Source: a virus
Lineage: Duplodnaviria; Caudoviricetes
Length of the DNA stretch: 64,000 nucleotides
Reading direction: 5' to 3' (one strand)
IMG/VR virus record: IMGVR_UViG_3300043447_000710
Span: 88,641-152,640 of that record
The notes beneath the pieces were generated by a model, which did no database searches, had not been told where the DNA came from, and worked only from the letters and a program-made list of their open reading frames with translations. The position numbers and the translations under genes are program-made. Every line of letters starts with the position of its first letter. Positions within the stretch are counted from its first letter, which is position 1. Below are positions 29,511 through 39,634 of the stretch, in pieces.

Positions 29511-30702
29511 TGTTTTCTAAGTTTAAAGAGCACACTACTTCGTCTGTAATTTGTTCGGCTAGGAATTTACCTGCGTATCTACCGTTAAGTTGGCGAATCT
29601 CAATGTCTAAAGGCAGTCCGCTTTTAGATTTAGAAATGGCGCGGTCTAGGGTCTTAATTGTTTTAGTAAGAGCAGCACTTGAAGTATTAAAAGTTAGTTC
29701 TGTAAGAGTTTGGGTTTGAAAATAGCTTACTAAGCTAAACTCTCTAGTTAATAAATCTGCAGCCTTGGAAATTTTAAGTTCGTCTTTACTAAAACTCAAT
29801 CTTACATACTTATTTGGGGAAGTTTTTGGCTGTTGAGCTGTTAAAGCTTCTAGTAACCGTTTAGAACTAACGCTTACTTTTATTAAAACTTCTGCGTTAT
29901 TTAAGCCTTCAAAAGAAGCCGCCACCCCTTTTAAAGCTGCGTACCGATCTAACGACTGGGCCCGGGCTACCACTAATCTACTGTTAGTTAGAGTAGCTAC
30001 TCTCGTGCCCTCAATATTAAAGTCGATACTTTTGGCATCTGTTTTAGATTGCGCTAATAATTCTAAGTCCATTCCTAATAACGCTACGCATTCTTTAGTC
30101 TTAGAAGGTTGTAACAGATTTACGCTTTGTCTGTAGTAATAATTAGGAGCGTTAAGTGCTAGTGCATAAATGTTTAGCGCGCTGGCGCACTCTACTAATA
30201 CCGCGCGATCTCCCATAGTCCGATTTCCGTAGTCACCAAAGCTGATTGCTTTGCTTACTGCTTCAGCTAATTCTGAAGCTGGAGTATTTAAGGGTAGTTC
30301 GGTAGGTAGTTCTGGTGCTCTAAATTCAGACAGATCTCCTGCAAAACAAGGAAGTAGATTGGAGTCTAGTGTTTGGGTATCATCGCTGCTACATCTAGTA
30401 GTAATACGAATGTTATCGAACTCACGTTCTAAGCTTACGTAATAATTAGAGTCTAGGTTTTTGATTAAAGCTTTTGTATCGGCTGCTGGAATTAAAAATT
30501 CGGCTACTAGATTTGGATCTACTTCTAGCTCGCTTGAGTAGGCTGCATACAATCCGCCCCTACCAACACCAGAACATTTTAAGGTGCTGTTGACAATTTG
30601 CAATTTATAAAAAGTATTTACCGATCCAGGCGGTAACAAGATATCGATTTCTGGTAAGGACTCTAAAGCCAAAGACAAAGCTTTAATTGGAATGGTAAGC
30701 AT
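29500..30702 (-). CDS. Divergent beta sliding clamp-like protein
   Basis: 400 aa; IPAADTKALIKNL and ELAEAVSKAISF follow the beta-clamp repeat pattern; close to the clamp loader. Confidence 0.6.
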   Translation of the reverse strand: MLTIPIKALSLALESLPEIDILLPPGSVNTFYKLQIVNSTLKCSGVGRGGLYAAYSSELEVDPNLVAEFLIPAADTKALIKNLDSNYYVSLEREFDNIRITTRCSSDDTQTLDSNLLPCFAGDLSEFRAPELPTELPLNTPASELAEAVSKAISFGDYGNRTMGDRAVLVECASALNIYALALNAPNYYYRQSVNLLQPSKTKECVALLGMDLELLAQSKTDAKSIDFNIEGTRVATLTNSRLVVARAQSLDRYAALKGVAASFEGLNNAEVLIKVSVSSKRLLEALTAQQPKTSPNKYVRLSFSKDELKISKAADLLTREFSLVSYFQTQTLTELTFNTSSAALTKTIKTLDRAISKSKSGLPLDIEIRQLNGRYAGKFLAEQITDEVVCSLNLENNAT

Positions 30703-30773
30703 AGTTATATCTATTAGCGCGGTTTACACAAAGAAAAAACTTTTAGAGTTTAGAAGTTGAGTACTGGGCAGAA

Positions 30774-33700
30774 ATGAATTCCTGGCAAGCAAATTTAACA
30801 GCTGACTCCCAATCGATTGAAATCGTAGCAATCCTTGACGGGGAGACATATCGCAAGGCTATCTACGATTTGGAATCGATCGTCTGTAGATGGTGGGCGA
30901 GCGGCGATTATGAATATGTAGGGCTGTACCACCAAAAGTTAAGCAGTGAAGCTTTAATAATTGTAGATACGGATCCTCAAGGTAACGCAAACAATAGGAT
31001 TTTGGGACTTGCAAGTCCTGCTGCAATTCAAACTGCTTGGGGTAGCATCGGCGGCGCTGGCGCTAGTACTGCAGCTACAGCTAACGCGTCTGCTGTAACT
31101 GCTGGGATACAAGCGTCTGCTAGTATATCTGCAATAGTCGATAATCTAGGAGCTAAGTCCGAACCTGCTTACGACGGGACATCAGATCGGTCTCTATTAA
31201 GTTTGGTAAAAGGCGTATTTAACAAGCTGTTAGATGCGGCTCAGGTGACTACAACTGTAGATAATAGTACTAGGTTAGCGGCTATCGATAGTAAGTTAGG
31301 AGCTATCGTCACTAACACGTCTGGCAATAGATACGAATTTGATTTAGCAACAGACGATGTAGGTACATTAATAGTACGTTATGACAAACAGAGCGGTACC
31401 GTCGCTAACTTCGATCTGAGTTTAAATGCTTACAGTCCTGTAGGTAACGTTAGAGTTGCGAGTAAAGATAACACTAGCGTACAAGCGCAAGAATATCAAG
31501 CTAAATCCTCTAACTTTGGAAATTGGTCTATAGACGACCGCTTGATTAGAATTTATGTATACAACCTAAGCACCGGTGCGGTTGTAGGTGGTTTTTGGCA
31601 CAACGACTCTACAGGTGCAGCCTTATCTATCAGTCCAGTTTTAGGAGTAGATGTTGACGAAGCAGATGCTGCGGAGCTGGCTAGATTGAAGCTTATCTCT
31701 GAAGCAATAGGTAGCATCAACGCTCCTTCCGCAACAGACACTGCAAGTGCTTGGAGTCTAAACTCTCTATTAAGACTTGTAGCGGTCAAGCTTACAGATT
31801 TATTAAGCTTGTTTTTGGGAAGCGGAGCTAACATTAAGCCCGCAGCCGGAGCTAAATTCGTCGGCACGATCGACCAAACCACTCAAGGTACGACTAACTT
31901 TGTTACAGCCAACCAGACCCAGATTGGCGGTGCGGCAGTATCTACGGGTAACGGCCTGGCCGATCCTGGCACTCAAAGAATAGCGATCGCTAGCGACGGC
32001 TACCCAGCTCTACCGACTGGCACTAACATCATCGGTCTAGTGGGTATCGACGGCGCGAATAATAATGTCGAACTAGATCCGGCTCAAGCCGCGCTGCTGA
32101 CCTCGATCGACGGCAAACTCACTAGCGGCAATCAAAAATCGATCGTTCGCAGCGGCACGAAAGGCACTAGCAGTCCAGCGGATATCACCTCGACCCCAGC
32201 AGGCCTTAACAAAGAAGCACTAGATGTTGCCATCATCGACGCTGCTGGCAACCAGATTACAACCTTTGGCGGCGACATTACTACGGCTGCCAAGGGGACG
32301 ACCTTGGCGGGTAGTCCGACATCTACTAATGTTAGTGCCGATCGGCAGGCTCTAGATGTAGACACCGAATTACCTACTCCCATCACCTTAACCGATGCGA
32401 TCGCTAATCCCACTACTCCCATCGTCGGCGCGGCTGAGATGGGCTGGACGGGTACGGTGTGGGAGCGATTGCAGTCAGTAGCGGGGAGTCTAAAGGTCGC
32501 GCTCCAATCGACCACTAATAATATCGGTAACGTGAGAATTACCGATCTAACCAATTTCCTGCCGACGATGGACGATCCGGCGCGGAGAGGATATCAACAA
32601 CTCACCGATGGCACTAATTCGCCTGCGATTAAAGGGGCGAGTACTCCAGCGGCAGGTACAGATCCAGCGTTAGTAGTAGCGATATCACCTAATAGTGGAT
32701 TGGCGAGTGAATCGACGCTAAATAACATCCTGACTCAGTTGCAGGGCGATAGATCGATTTCGTCTCACTTGTTTGTGGACAGTACTGGAACTGTTTATCT
32801 TAGAGCACTAGCGTACAGTCAAACAGCTAATGCTTACGAAAGTGTCAGTCTAGACATTGCTACTGGCGCGACTTATACTCCAGTTCCACCCGAAACCGCA
32901 GTAGATCGATCTGATTTTGATACGACCGAAACGGTGTGGGAAATAACCACCGCCGGGACTGGTTATAGCATCGGCGATGTGGTGTCTCAGTTTACGCTGA
33001 TCTCTCAAAATCCAATCGCCGTAGCGGGAGTACTTTGGTACAACCAATCGACCTCAGCCGCCATCGCCGCTCCACTGGTCGGACATCGCCGCAGGGTTGG
33101 TAGCGTCGGGGCGACCGAAGCAACACTAGCGGCTGTAAATAATAAGCTACAGACTGGCTCTCAGTTGTTAGCACAGTCTGTAGGTGTAGCAGCCCCGCAA
33201 AAAACCATTGTCTCCCTGCCAGCTAGCGTACCTGCTGCCAACACGGATCTGCTTACGGGCACGGTAAATGGCTGGTTCGATGCGCGAGCCTTTGCCGCTG
33301 CTTCGATCGAGGTGTTTTGGGGCTCTCCGCTAACTGGGGGCGGCACGATATTTTTCGAGAAAACTAACGATCCCTCTATCGCCACAGGACTGCAATGGGT
33401 GATGGAAAACGAGGGAGGGGGTAGCGGAACGATCTCAAGAGTAGACGCTCTAGCTGGATCTCCTAATACCAAGGTTTCATTTAGATCGAGCGTCGATACT
33501 GGCTGGGTTCGAGTCCGCTGTTTAGATACGCCTATCGGCGGCGGCACGATTCGATGCGTAGCTGCGTTTAGTCAAATTCCACTGGCAAAAGGTGGGGTTG
33601 GGATTATGGCTAATAGTAATTTAGCCAGTGTGACGACGGTAACTACAGTTAACAATGCTACATTAAGCGGCCTAGCGGCGATCAACGATACTGGCGGAAC

Positions 33701-34358
33701 GATTAACGCCTCAGCTACTTCGCCGACGTTTTTGGTGACTAGTGGGACTAGTTTGCAATTTGAGGTTTCGGTATCGAGCGTATCGGGTACGTCGCCGACA
33801 CTAGTGGTTGTAGTGCAAGAGTCGTCGGATAACTTGAACTGGCGATCGATTTATCGCTTTCCTACGATAACAGCAATAGGTTCCTACCGAAGCCCGGTAC
33901 TGCCTAACAATTGCCGATCGATTCGATACGTGCAAACCGTGGGAGGGACGGCACCATCCTTTACTCGCAATATTTGGCGACATGCTAGCAATATCGGTAC
34001 GGCTACTGCCGTAGGTTCGCAGCGGCTGGGAGGGTTTGCGGGTGGTGCGACTAATATTATCGACTTGCCTTTACACGGCAGAATTCGGCGATTGACTGCC
34101 AACAACCGGACGGCGGGGCTGCTGTTCTTGCAAATCCACGACAAAGCCACGGTGCTGACGGCGGGTAATGTCCCGCTTAATGGCGAAGTTTATCCGCTCG
34201 TGGCAGGATCGAGTCTGCCTTTTACGGCGGCAGACTTCGGAGAGGTCGGGTCGTGGTTTGGTGAAAACCCTCGGATTGGTATTTCTTCGACGTTCGGTAC
34301 GTACACCGCAGCGGTCATCGCCGCGAACCAAGCCAGTCTATTTGTGGAGGTAGTCTAA
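30774..34358 (+). CDS. Tail fibre / virion structural protein with internal duplications
   Basis: 1194 aa, rich in T/G/A/S, with repeated modules. Confidence 0.7.
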   Translation: MNSWQANLTADSQSIEIVAILDGETYRKAIYDLESIVCRWWASGDYEYVGLYHQKLSSEALIIVDTDPQGNANNRILGLASPAAIQTAWGSIGGAGASTAATANASAVTAGIQASASISAIVDNLGAKSEPAYDGTSDRSLLSLVKGVFNKLLDAAQVTTTVDNSTRLAAIDSKLGAIVTNTSGNRYEFDLATDDVGTLIVRYDKQSGTVANFDLSLNAYSPVGNVRVASKDNTSVQAQEYQAKSSNFGNWSIDDRLIRIYVYNLSTGAVVGGFWHNDSTGAALSISPVLGVDVDEADAAELARLKLISEAIGSINAPSATDTASAWSLNSLLRLVAVKLTDLLSLFLGSGANIKPAAGAKFVGTIDQTTQGTTNFVTANQTQIGGAAVSTGNGLADPGTQRIAIASDGYPALPTGTNIIGLVGIDGANNNVELDPAQAALLTSIDGKLTSGNQKSIVRSGTKGTSSPADITSTPAGLNKEALDVAIIDAAGNQITTFGGDITTAAKGTTLAGSPTSTNVSADRQALDVDTELPTPITLTDAIANPTTPIVGAAEMGWTGTVWERLQSVAGSLKVALQSTTNNIGNVRITDLTNFLPTMDDPARRGYQQLTDGTNSPAIKGASTPAAGTDPALVVAISPNSGLASESTLNNILTQLQGDRSISSHLFVDSTGTVYLRALAYSQTANAYESVSLDIATGATYTPVPPETAVDRSDFDTTETVWEITTAGTGYSIGDVVSQFTLISQNPIAVAGVLWYNQSTSAAIAAPLVGHRRRVGSVGATEATLAAVNNKLQTGSQLLAQSVGVAAPQKTIVSLPASVPAANTDLLTGTVNGWFDARAFAAASIEVFWGSPLTGGGTIFFEKTNDPSIATGLQWVMENEGGGSGTISRVDALAGSPNTKVSFRSSVDTGWVRVRCLDTPIGGGTIRCVAAFSQIPLAKGGVGIMANSNLASVTTVTTVNNATLSGLAAINDTGGTINASATSPTFLVTSGTSLQFEVSVSSVSGTSPTLVVVVQESSDNLNWRSIYRFPTITAIGSYRSPVLPNNCRSIRYVQTVGGTAPSFTRNIWRHASNIGTATAVGSQRLGGFAGGATNIIDLPLHGRIRRLTANNRTAGLLFLQIHDKATVLTAGNVPLNGEVYPLVAGSSLPFTAADFGEVGSWFGENPRIGISSTFGTYTAAVIAANQASLFVEVV

Positions 34359-34359
34359 G

Positions 34360-35964
34360 ATGCCAGTACCAATTTTAGAAAATCAAGGCGGGGCAGCTCT
34401 AGATACTATTCAAGTAATTAATTCTGCAGTTTCAGCCACGGTTAGTATCTGGGGCAGCACGATACCTTGTACGTTTACTACGAGCGGCCAAACTTTAACT
34501 TTGCCAACGATTGCTACTAGTGATATCGGTAAGGAAATCACCGTACAGAACGCAGGTATTACTAGTTTCGCACTAGCTATAGCGACTGGTGTTATTACTA
34601 GTGCTATCGGTATCGAGATATTGCCAGCTAGTACCTTTGTGATTAAGGCTGTCGATACGAATACCGCTGTAGTTACCAGTACTAATGCGGCGCAAGGCGT
34701 CTTAGCAGCTTTTGGCAGCGCAGTTCTAGACAATCAAACCTTTACTACTAATACCTTTGTAAATTCAACTAACGGTATATTTGCTATTCCTTCAGCCGGA
34801 ACTTGGCGGTTGCGTTACGACATATCAACGGAAGGAACTGGCGCTAATACTAACTCACACGTTCGGGTAGTGGATAGTCTTGGCGTGCTACAACTGGGAA
34901 CGGAAAGAAGTAGAGGAGCTGCGGTTACTACAAATCAAGTCCTAACGGGTGAGGTAATAGTCACGACCGTCGGCGAAACTACTTACACTCTTCAAGGTAG
35001 GAATGGTGGTAGCGGTACTATGTCTGTCGTAAATACAGGCAATGGGAATTCCACTATTTCTTGGGAGAAGCTTTCTGGGTTTGCTTCGATAAGCTCGGTA
35101 GTTAGTGCTTTACAGGGAGCGCTACAGATCATAGATAGAACTAGCGATTTAGGCGATTGGATCTTGCTTGATGGGCGTTTAAAGTCTACGCTTACCCCTT
35201 CACAGCAAGCTGTAGCTACTGCCCTGGGTTATGGTACGAACATTCCTGACATGCGCGGGCGGTTGCCGATCGGTGCTGGCGGAACGGCAGCGGTGGCTTA
35301 TCAGGGACTGGGCGGCACTAATAATATCCTTCAAAATCAACTGCCTAATGTCACTCTAGGTGGCAGCACTAGCGATCCCGGCGGCCATACTCACACAGTG
35401 ACGAGTTGGACGGGATCTAAAGTAAACGTATCTGGCGGTAGTGGGTTGGGAGTTCTAGATGTTTTAGGGCAAACTTCGCCACCTTCCCAGACCAGCAGTA
35501 GCGCTGGCGGCCACGCCCATACAATTACTACTTCGTCAATCAACGGCGGCGTTACCCAGCAGAATCATTTGCCGCCAGTTCGAGGTTCTAACTGGTTTGT
35601 ATGGTTGGGGCCAACTTCTTCTTCCGTCTCTACTCCCTGGTTGTTACCAGGAGTACAGACCGACACCACGTTAGGTAATATAACTATTGCCGCAAACATC
35701 AATACATTAGTTGTAGATCCTCCATCTATAGCGACTAACAAACAAATCGTGTTGCCGGGACAACTTGATATCGCAGACGGTCAAAGTTTATCTATTTATT
35801 TTGGCGGCGCAGTTCAAGCGTTTAATGCGGTCGTATCGACCCTTTCGATAGTACCTCCAGCAGGAATGACTTTAACAGGAGCTCTAACTCCAGTAGAAGC
35901 TTTGAGTGGCGACTCTCTTACTTATATCAAATTTGGCTCCGCTTGGCGGCGGATCGATACTTAA
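34360..35964 (+). CDS. Tail fibre protein with collar-like domain
   Basis: WILLDGR...IPDMRGRLPIGAG, QLP, GGHTHT and GGHAHT motifs. Confidence 0.8.
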   Translation: MPVPILENQGGAALDTIQVINSAVSATVSIWGSTIPCTFTTSGQTLTLPTIATSDIGKEITVQNAGITSFALAIATGVITSAIGIEILPASTFVIKAVDTNTAVVTSTNAAQGVLAAFGSAVLDNQTFTTNTFVNSTNGIFAIPSAGTWRLRYDISTEGTGANTNSHVRVVDSLGVLQLGTERSRGAAVTTNQVLTGEVIVTTVGETTYTLQGRNGGSGTMSVVNTGNGNSTISWEKLSGFASISSVVSALQGALQIIDRTSDLGDWILLDGRLKSTLTPSQQAVATALGYGTNIPDMRGRLPIGAGGTAAVAYQGLGGTNNILQNQLPNVTLGGSTSDPGGHTHTVTSWTGSKVNVSGGSGLGVLDVLGQTSPPSQTSSSAGGHAHTITTSSINGGVTQQNHLPPVRGSNWFVWLGPTSSSVSTPWLLPGVQTDTTLGNITIAANINTLVVDPPSIATNKQIVLPGQLDIADGQSLSIYFGGAVQAFNAVVSTLSIVPPAGMTLTGALTPVEALSGDSLTYIKFGSAWRRIDT

Positions 35965-35966
35965 TT

Positions 35967-37187
35967 ATGGCTACACTTTCTGAATTACGACGGCTGTTAG
36001 GATTTGGTACTGTAGGATTTACTACTGCTGCATCTGGCGGTCACTCAGCTATAGGCGCGAACATATTAAACACGGCGGCTAATTCCACTACAGTTACGGA
36101 TCTATTTAACATAGACGGTACGGCTACGCAGTATAGCGAGATTAGCGTGCAGATCAACTGCTCTGTAGTTTTATCTAGTGGCGATTTTCAAGTTCGCGCG
36201 TCAAACGATGCGGGCTTTGTTAACTCGATATTAATTCCGTACTCTTTTAACGGGGCTACGCCAACTACCTTTACTGCCAGTCCTTTGTTTGGCGGCACCG
36301 TTTCAAAAACGTTGTTATTTTTTAGTGGCGGTTATCGTTACGTTCGAGTAACTATCGGGGCTGCTTTAGCCCCAGCCGGCGCTACTATTTCTACAGTAGT
36401 TACTTATCTACCGGTAAGTAGACCTTCAAGATGGCTGTCCTGGTTGGCAGCAATAGGTACCGTCAACTCGGTAAGTGCTGTAACTAACGTAACTACAATC
36501 ACTCCAGGTACTGGCAGTACTAATTTAGGCAAACAGCGCGGAGGCTTAAGTGGAGGTACGGATACGTTCGTACCTAGCGGTTCTATCGTCCGCAGTACTT
36601 TTACCAGCCCGGAAAATGCTACTAACGGCAACTATACTATTGCTACAGGCAATCGGATGGGAATGCGGTACGTAGCCCCAGCAGAACTTGGAATGAACTT
36701 TAAGCTGATTACCTATGCAGGTAATGGAGGTTTGGGAATTAGAGGTAGTACTTTTAAAAAGATCCGCGTTCATAAAGTTTGGGCAGAAGGATACTATAAC
36801 GGAACCGCTGCGAGCGTAGCTTTACTTTTAGACGCTTTTAAAGGTACTGGGTTGACGGCTAATATCACTACTCCGACTTTAATCAACTTAGACACAGCGT
36901 TTCCAGTCTCTGTGCTAACTATGGGAATAGATGTCGTAGGCAGCAATACAAATACTAGTCCGATCGCTGGCAGCGTTTTTATCGGTAGAGCTATAGCTAA
37001 TATCATCCCTTTTGGATATGCGCCATCAGCTTCGCAGCCCTTAGCTAATTCGGGTAAGGTTCCGGCTTTAGATTTTGGCTTGACGGGTATGGTTCTTAAC
37101 GGTACGGCAGAAACCTTTGGCGTCTACTGGAATCAATCGACAGCTACAGGACATCAGATAACTATGCTTATTAGCGAAGAATTTTAG
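35967..37187 (+). CDS. Virion structural / tail-associated protein
   Basis: Beta-rich, T/G-rich; likely start MATLSEL at 35967. Confidence 0.6.
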   Translation: MATLSELRRLLGFGTVGFTTAASGGHSAIGANILNTAANSTTVTDLFNIDGTATQYSEISVQINCSVVLSSGDFQVRASNDAGFVNSILIPYSFNGATPTTFTASPLFGGTVSKTLLFFSGGYRYVRVTIGAALAPAGATISTVVTYLPVSRPSRWLSWLAAIGTVNSVSAVTNVTTITPGTGSTNLGKQRGGLSGGTDTFVPSGSIVRSTFTSPENATNGNYTIATGNRMGMRYVAPAELGMNFKLITYAGNGGLGIRGSTFKKIRVHKVWAEGYYNGTAASVALLLDAFKGTGLTANITTPTLINLDTAFPVSVLTMGIDVVGSNTNTSPIAGSVFIGRAIANIIPFGYAPSASQPLANSGKVPALDFGLTGMVLNGTAETFGVYWNQSTATGHQITMLISEEF

Positions 37188-38505
37188 TAAGCTCACACCC
37201 GAATAGAATTCGGGGGCTTTAGCCTCAAAGCGTAGCTACTGGAAAGAGGTCAAGCTGACCTTCTAACCGACAACTAAACCCTGGGCTTTCGGGTTGGATT
37301 ACGGACAACCCCAAGGCGGCGATATTACACGCGGCATTTACATCTGAATCATGCTCGAATCCACAGCTTCCACACTTAAATTTCTTTCCGTGCCGATAGG
37401 ATTTTTTCTTATCGGTATCGGGATGGACATGCCCACATCTAGAGCAACTTTTAGAGGTGTAAGCAGGTGGAACAAATATCACTCGAACGCCAGCAATTAT
37501 CGCTTTGTACTGCACAAAGATTCGCAACTGGTAAAAAGCCCAATTATTGGTTCTGCGTCGCTCGGTTTTAGTTCGAGGTTGTTGATTCAAACTCTCTCGG
37601 ATATTAGTCAAATCCTCAAAGGCAAGTGCGGCGTTAAGCCGTTTGGCTTCTGCTACCAACTTCTTGCTAATATTGTGATTCAACCATTTTTGATACCTAA
37701 CTTCTCTACCTTGGAGCCTTCCCATCAAGCGACAAGCCGAACGGGTGCGTTTGCGTTGAAGATTAGATCTAGTTTTGGAATACTTGTCGCGAAGGGATTG
37801 AATTTCTTTCCCGCTCCAAGCTTTCCCAGTACTGGTAGTTGCTATATCGGTTCTGCCAAGATCTACCCCAATTACCTTCGGAGTTTTACCCGTAGGGGGA
37901 GAGTCGATCTCGACAACAATATTGACATAATAATCCCCCTGTCTGCTCTTGTTCAGAGTTGCACTCGTTGGAGTTTGACCGCGCAACAATGCCAACTGGT
38001 AGCCCCCAATTTTAAGCGGCAAGTTAACTCGCCCGCTCATCAAAGTAACCCCAACTATTTGCTTGGATTCGTCGTATTTAAAAGTTCGAGCATCCAAACT
38101 AATCGAGGTCGGTCGAAACTGGTGGACTTGCTTAACAGCCCTAGCGTTGCCGACCACTCTTCTGAGTGCTTGACAGACATGGTTAGCCTTCAATCCCGTA
38201 GCTGCTCTAACTGGGTGGTAAGTCAGGTGATGCAACTTAGTGACATTCCAGCATTTTGCATCCTTAGCTACGCTCAAAATCTGATTGCAAGCATTAGCAA
38301 ACGCCTCAAGTGTACGGTCAATTTCTCGCCGCAACTCTTGATGGACTATAAGCTTGCACTTTACAGATAGTGATTGAGTCATGAATCTATTATAACTCAT
38401 CCATCCTAGATTTTGCCAAGACCTTGTAGGCGGTTAAAACCGCTTGGGTCGTCGTTCCTCCGCGCGATAAATCGACGCGGTTTCCCAACTTCCCACTACA
38501 TTCTA
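37187..38505 (-). mobile_element. IS200/IS605-family element with tnpB only (IS1341-like)
   Basis: Left-end hairpin follows the target TTCAT and is homologous to the left end at 52092. Right-end hairpin ends in TTAC. Removing the element restores TTT-TAA-TGAAGGAGG. Confidence 0.8.
37225..38382 (-). CDS. tnpB: TnpB RNA-guided nuclease with intact D-E-D triad
   Basis: GVDLG, AFEDL, YTSKSCSRCG, CGSCG, DSDVNAACNI. Confidence 0.95.
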   Translation of the reverse strand: MTQSLSVKCKLIVHQELRREIDRTLEAFANACNQILSVAKDAKCWNVTKLHHLTYHPVRAATGLKANHVCQALRRVVGNARAVKQVHQFRPTSISLDARTFKYDESKQIVGVTLMSGRVNLPLKIGGYQLALLRGQTPTSATLNKSRQGDYYVNIVVEIDSPPTGKTPKVIGVDLGRTDIATTSTGKAWSGKEIQSLRDKYSKTRSNLQRKRTRSACRLMGRLQGREVRYQKWLNHNISKKLVAEAKRLNAALAFEDLTNIRESLNQQPRTKTERRRTNNWAFYQLRIFVQYKAIIAGVRVIFVPPAYTSKSCSRCGHVHPDTDKKKSYRHGKKFKCGSCGFEHDSDVNAACNIAALGLSVIQPESPGFSCRLEGQLDLFPVATL

Positions 38506-38526
38506 ATGAAGGAGGATAGAAATATT

Positions 38527-38793
38527 ATGGATGCGAAGGATTTTGAAAAGCAGGCTAAAGAGCAGCAGGCTTTTATCGTACTGCGGCAGTCGGAAGTCGC
38601 AGCTTGTCAAGCTGCTTTAAGCAAAGCTGGCGCGACCAACATAACAGTAAGCCGCTCGGAGATGGGATGCGATGTACCGCTAGTCTTTATTAGTATGCCG
38701 GGGCTTTCCGCTCATGTTAGGTCTAACGATTTTAAAGTACTAAAGTCTTTCGACGTTAATTCTGTAAAGAATACCGCTTACTGGATTTGCTAA
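38527..38793 (+). CDS. Hypothetical protein (start re-called downstream of the IS)
   Basis: AAGGAGG Shine-Dalgarno precedes MDAKDF. The ORF-track N-terminus lies inside the IS left end. Confidence 0.6.
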   Translation: MDAKDFEKQAKEQQAFIVLRQSEVAACQAALSKAGATNITVSRSEMGCDVPLVFISMPGLSAHVRSNDFKVLKSFDVNSVKNTAYWIC

Positions 38794-38811
38794 CTCTTAA
38801 AAATAAAAACA

Positions 38812-39111
38812 ATGCTGAAAAAACAAATCAAAGGTGTTAAGATTGCTGGTTACGCTCAGCTTCAAGACGTAGAAGTTGAAGTATTATCTATCGTCCTAGC
38901 TGGGACTGTAATGACAGTACAGTACAAAGTTCGGCCAGAAAGCGTGGATGGTGTAGTTCTTCCTCCTATTAAAGAAGGTAACGTCGCCATCGATACACCA
39001 GCTCAATTAGCGGCGGGAATTTCTCAAGTCTTCGATCTATATCTTCCAGGAATGCTTGCCAAGATCGGCCAAGCTCCAGAATCAGAATCTACACCACAAG
39101 TAGCTGAATAA
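38812..39111 (+). CDS. Hypothetical tail-module protein
   Basis: ORF within the structural operon. Confidence 0.55.
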   Translation: MLKKQIKGVKIAGYAQLQDVEVEVLSIVLAGTVMTVQYKVRPESVDGVVLPPIKEGNVAIDTPAQLAAGISQVFDLYLPGMLAKIGQAPESESTPQVAE

Positions 39112-39113
39112 AG

Positions 39114-39623
39114 ATGAGCTTCTCTTTTTCCTTCGATTTAGTAAATCCTCCAGACCCTCAGTTTGAAACAGTCGGCGGAGACAAAAAAGTCTTAGTTACA
39201 GCGTTTGACTTCAAACTTCCGTTTTGGCTGCGCCAAATTCAGTTTAGAATTCCTGCAGGATATGTTTCTGATGGAGCTTCGGTACCAAGGCATCTTCGTT
39301 GGATTTACGATCGAGCTAGTCTGGGTACGTTAGCACCTTTAGCTCATGACTGGGGCTGCGAGTGGGAAGGAGTGATTATCAATCTTAGAGGTGAAGTATT
39401 ACAATTACCTTGGTACGTCGTGCACGCTTTCTTCTTAGTGGCTATGTTGTTAGACGGCGTACCTTGGGGCCGCGCCAAAAACTGTTTCTTAGCGGTGTTA
39501 TTAGGCGGACCTAAATGGTCTCAGTATTCAAGAACCAAAGTTTTGGCAATCGCTGAGGCTATGGTAGTAAAGTATCCAGAGCTTAAAATTTTTGAAGCTA
39601 GTTCGGGATTAACAAGCGAGTAA
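39114..39623 (+). CDS. DUF1353 family protein
   Basis: IPAGYVSDGASVP...AHDW motif. Confidence 0.88.
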   Translation: MSFSFSFDLVNPPDPQFETVGGDKKVLVTAFDFKLPFWLRQIQFRIPAGYVSDGASVPRHLRWIYDRASLGTLAPLAHDWGCEWEGVIINLRGEVLQLPWYVVHAFFLVAMLLDGVPWGRAKNCFLAVLLGGPKWSQYSRTKVLAIAEAMVVKYPELKIFEASSGLTSE

Positions 39624-39634
39624 CTTAATTTGTT

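Noticed and set aside
37351-38370. 339-aa plus-strand ORF
   Set aside because: Antisense shadow of tnpB with no recognisable motifs.
38413-38526. N-terminal extension of ORF 38413-38793
   Set aside because: It lies in the IS left-end hairpin; a Shine-Dalgarno supports a start at 38527.
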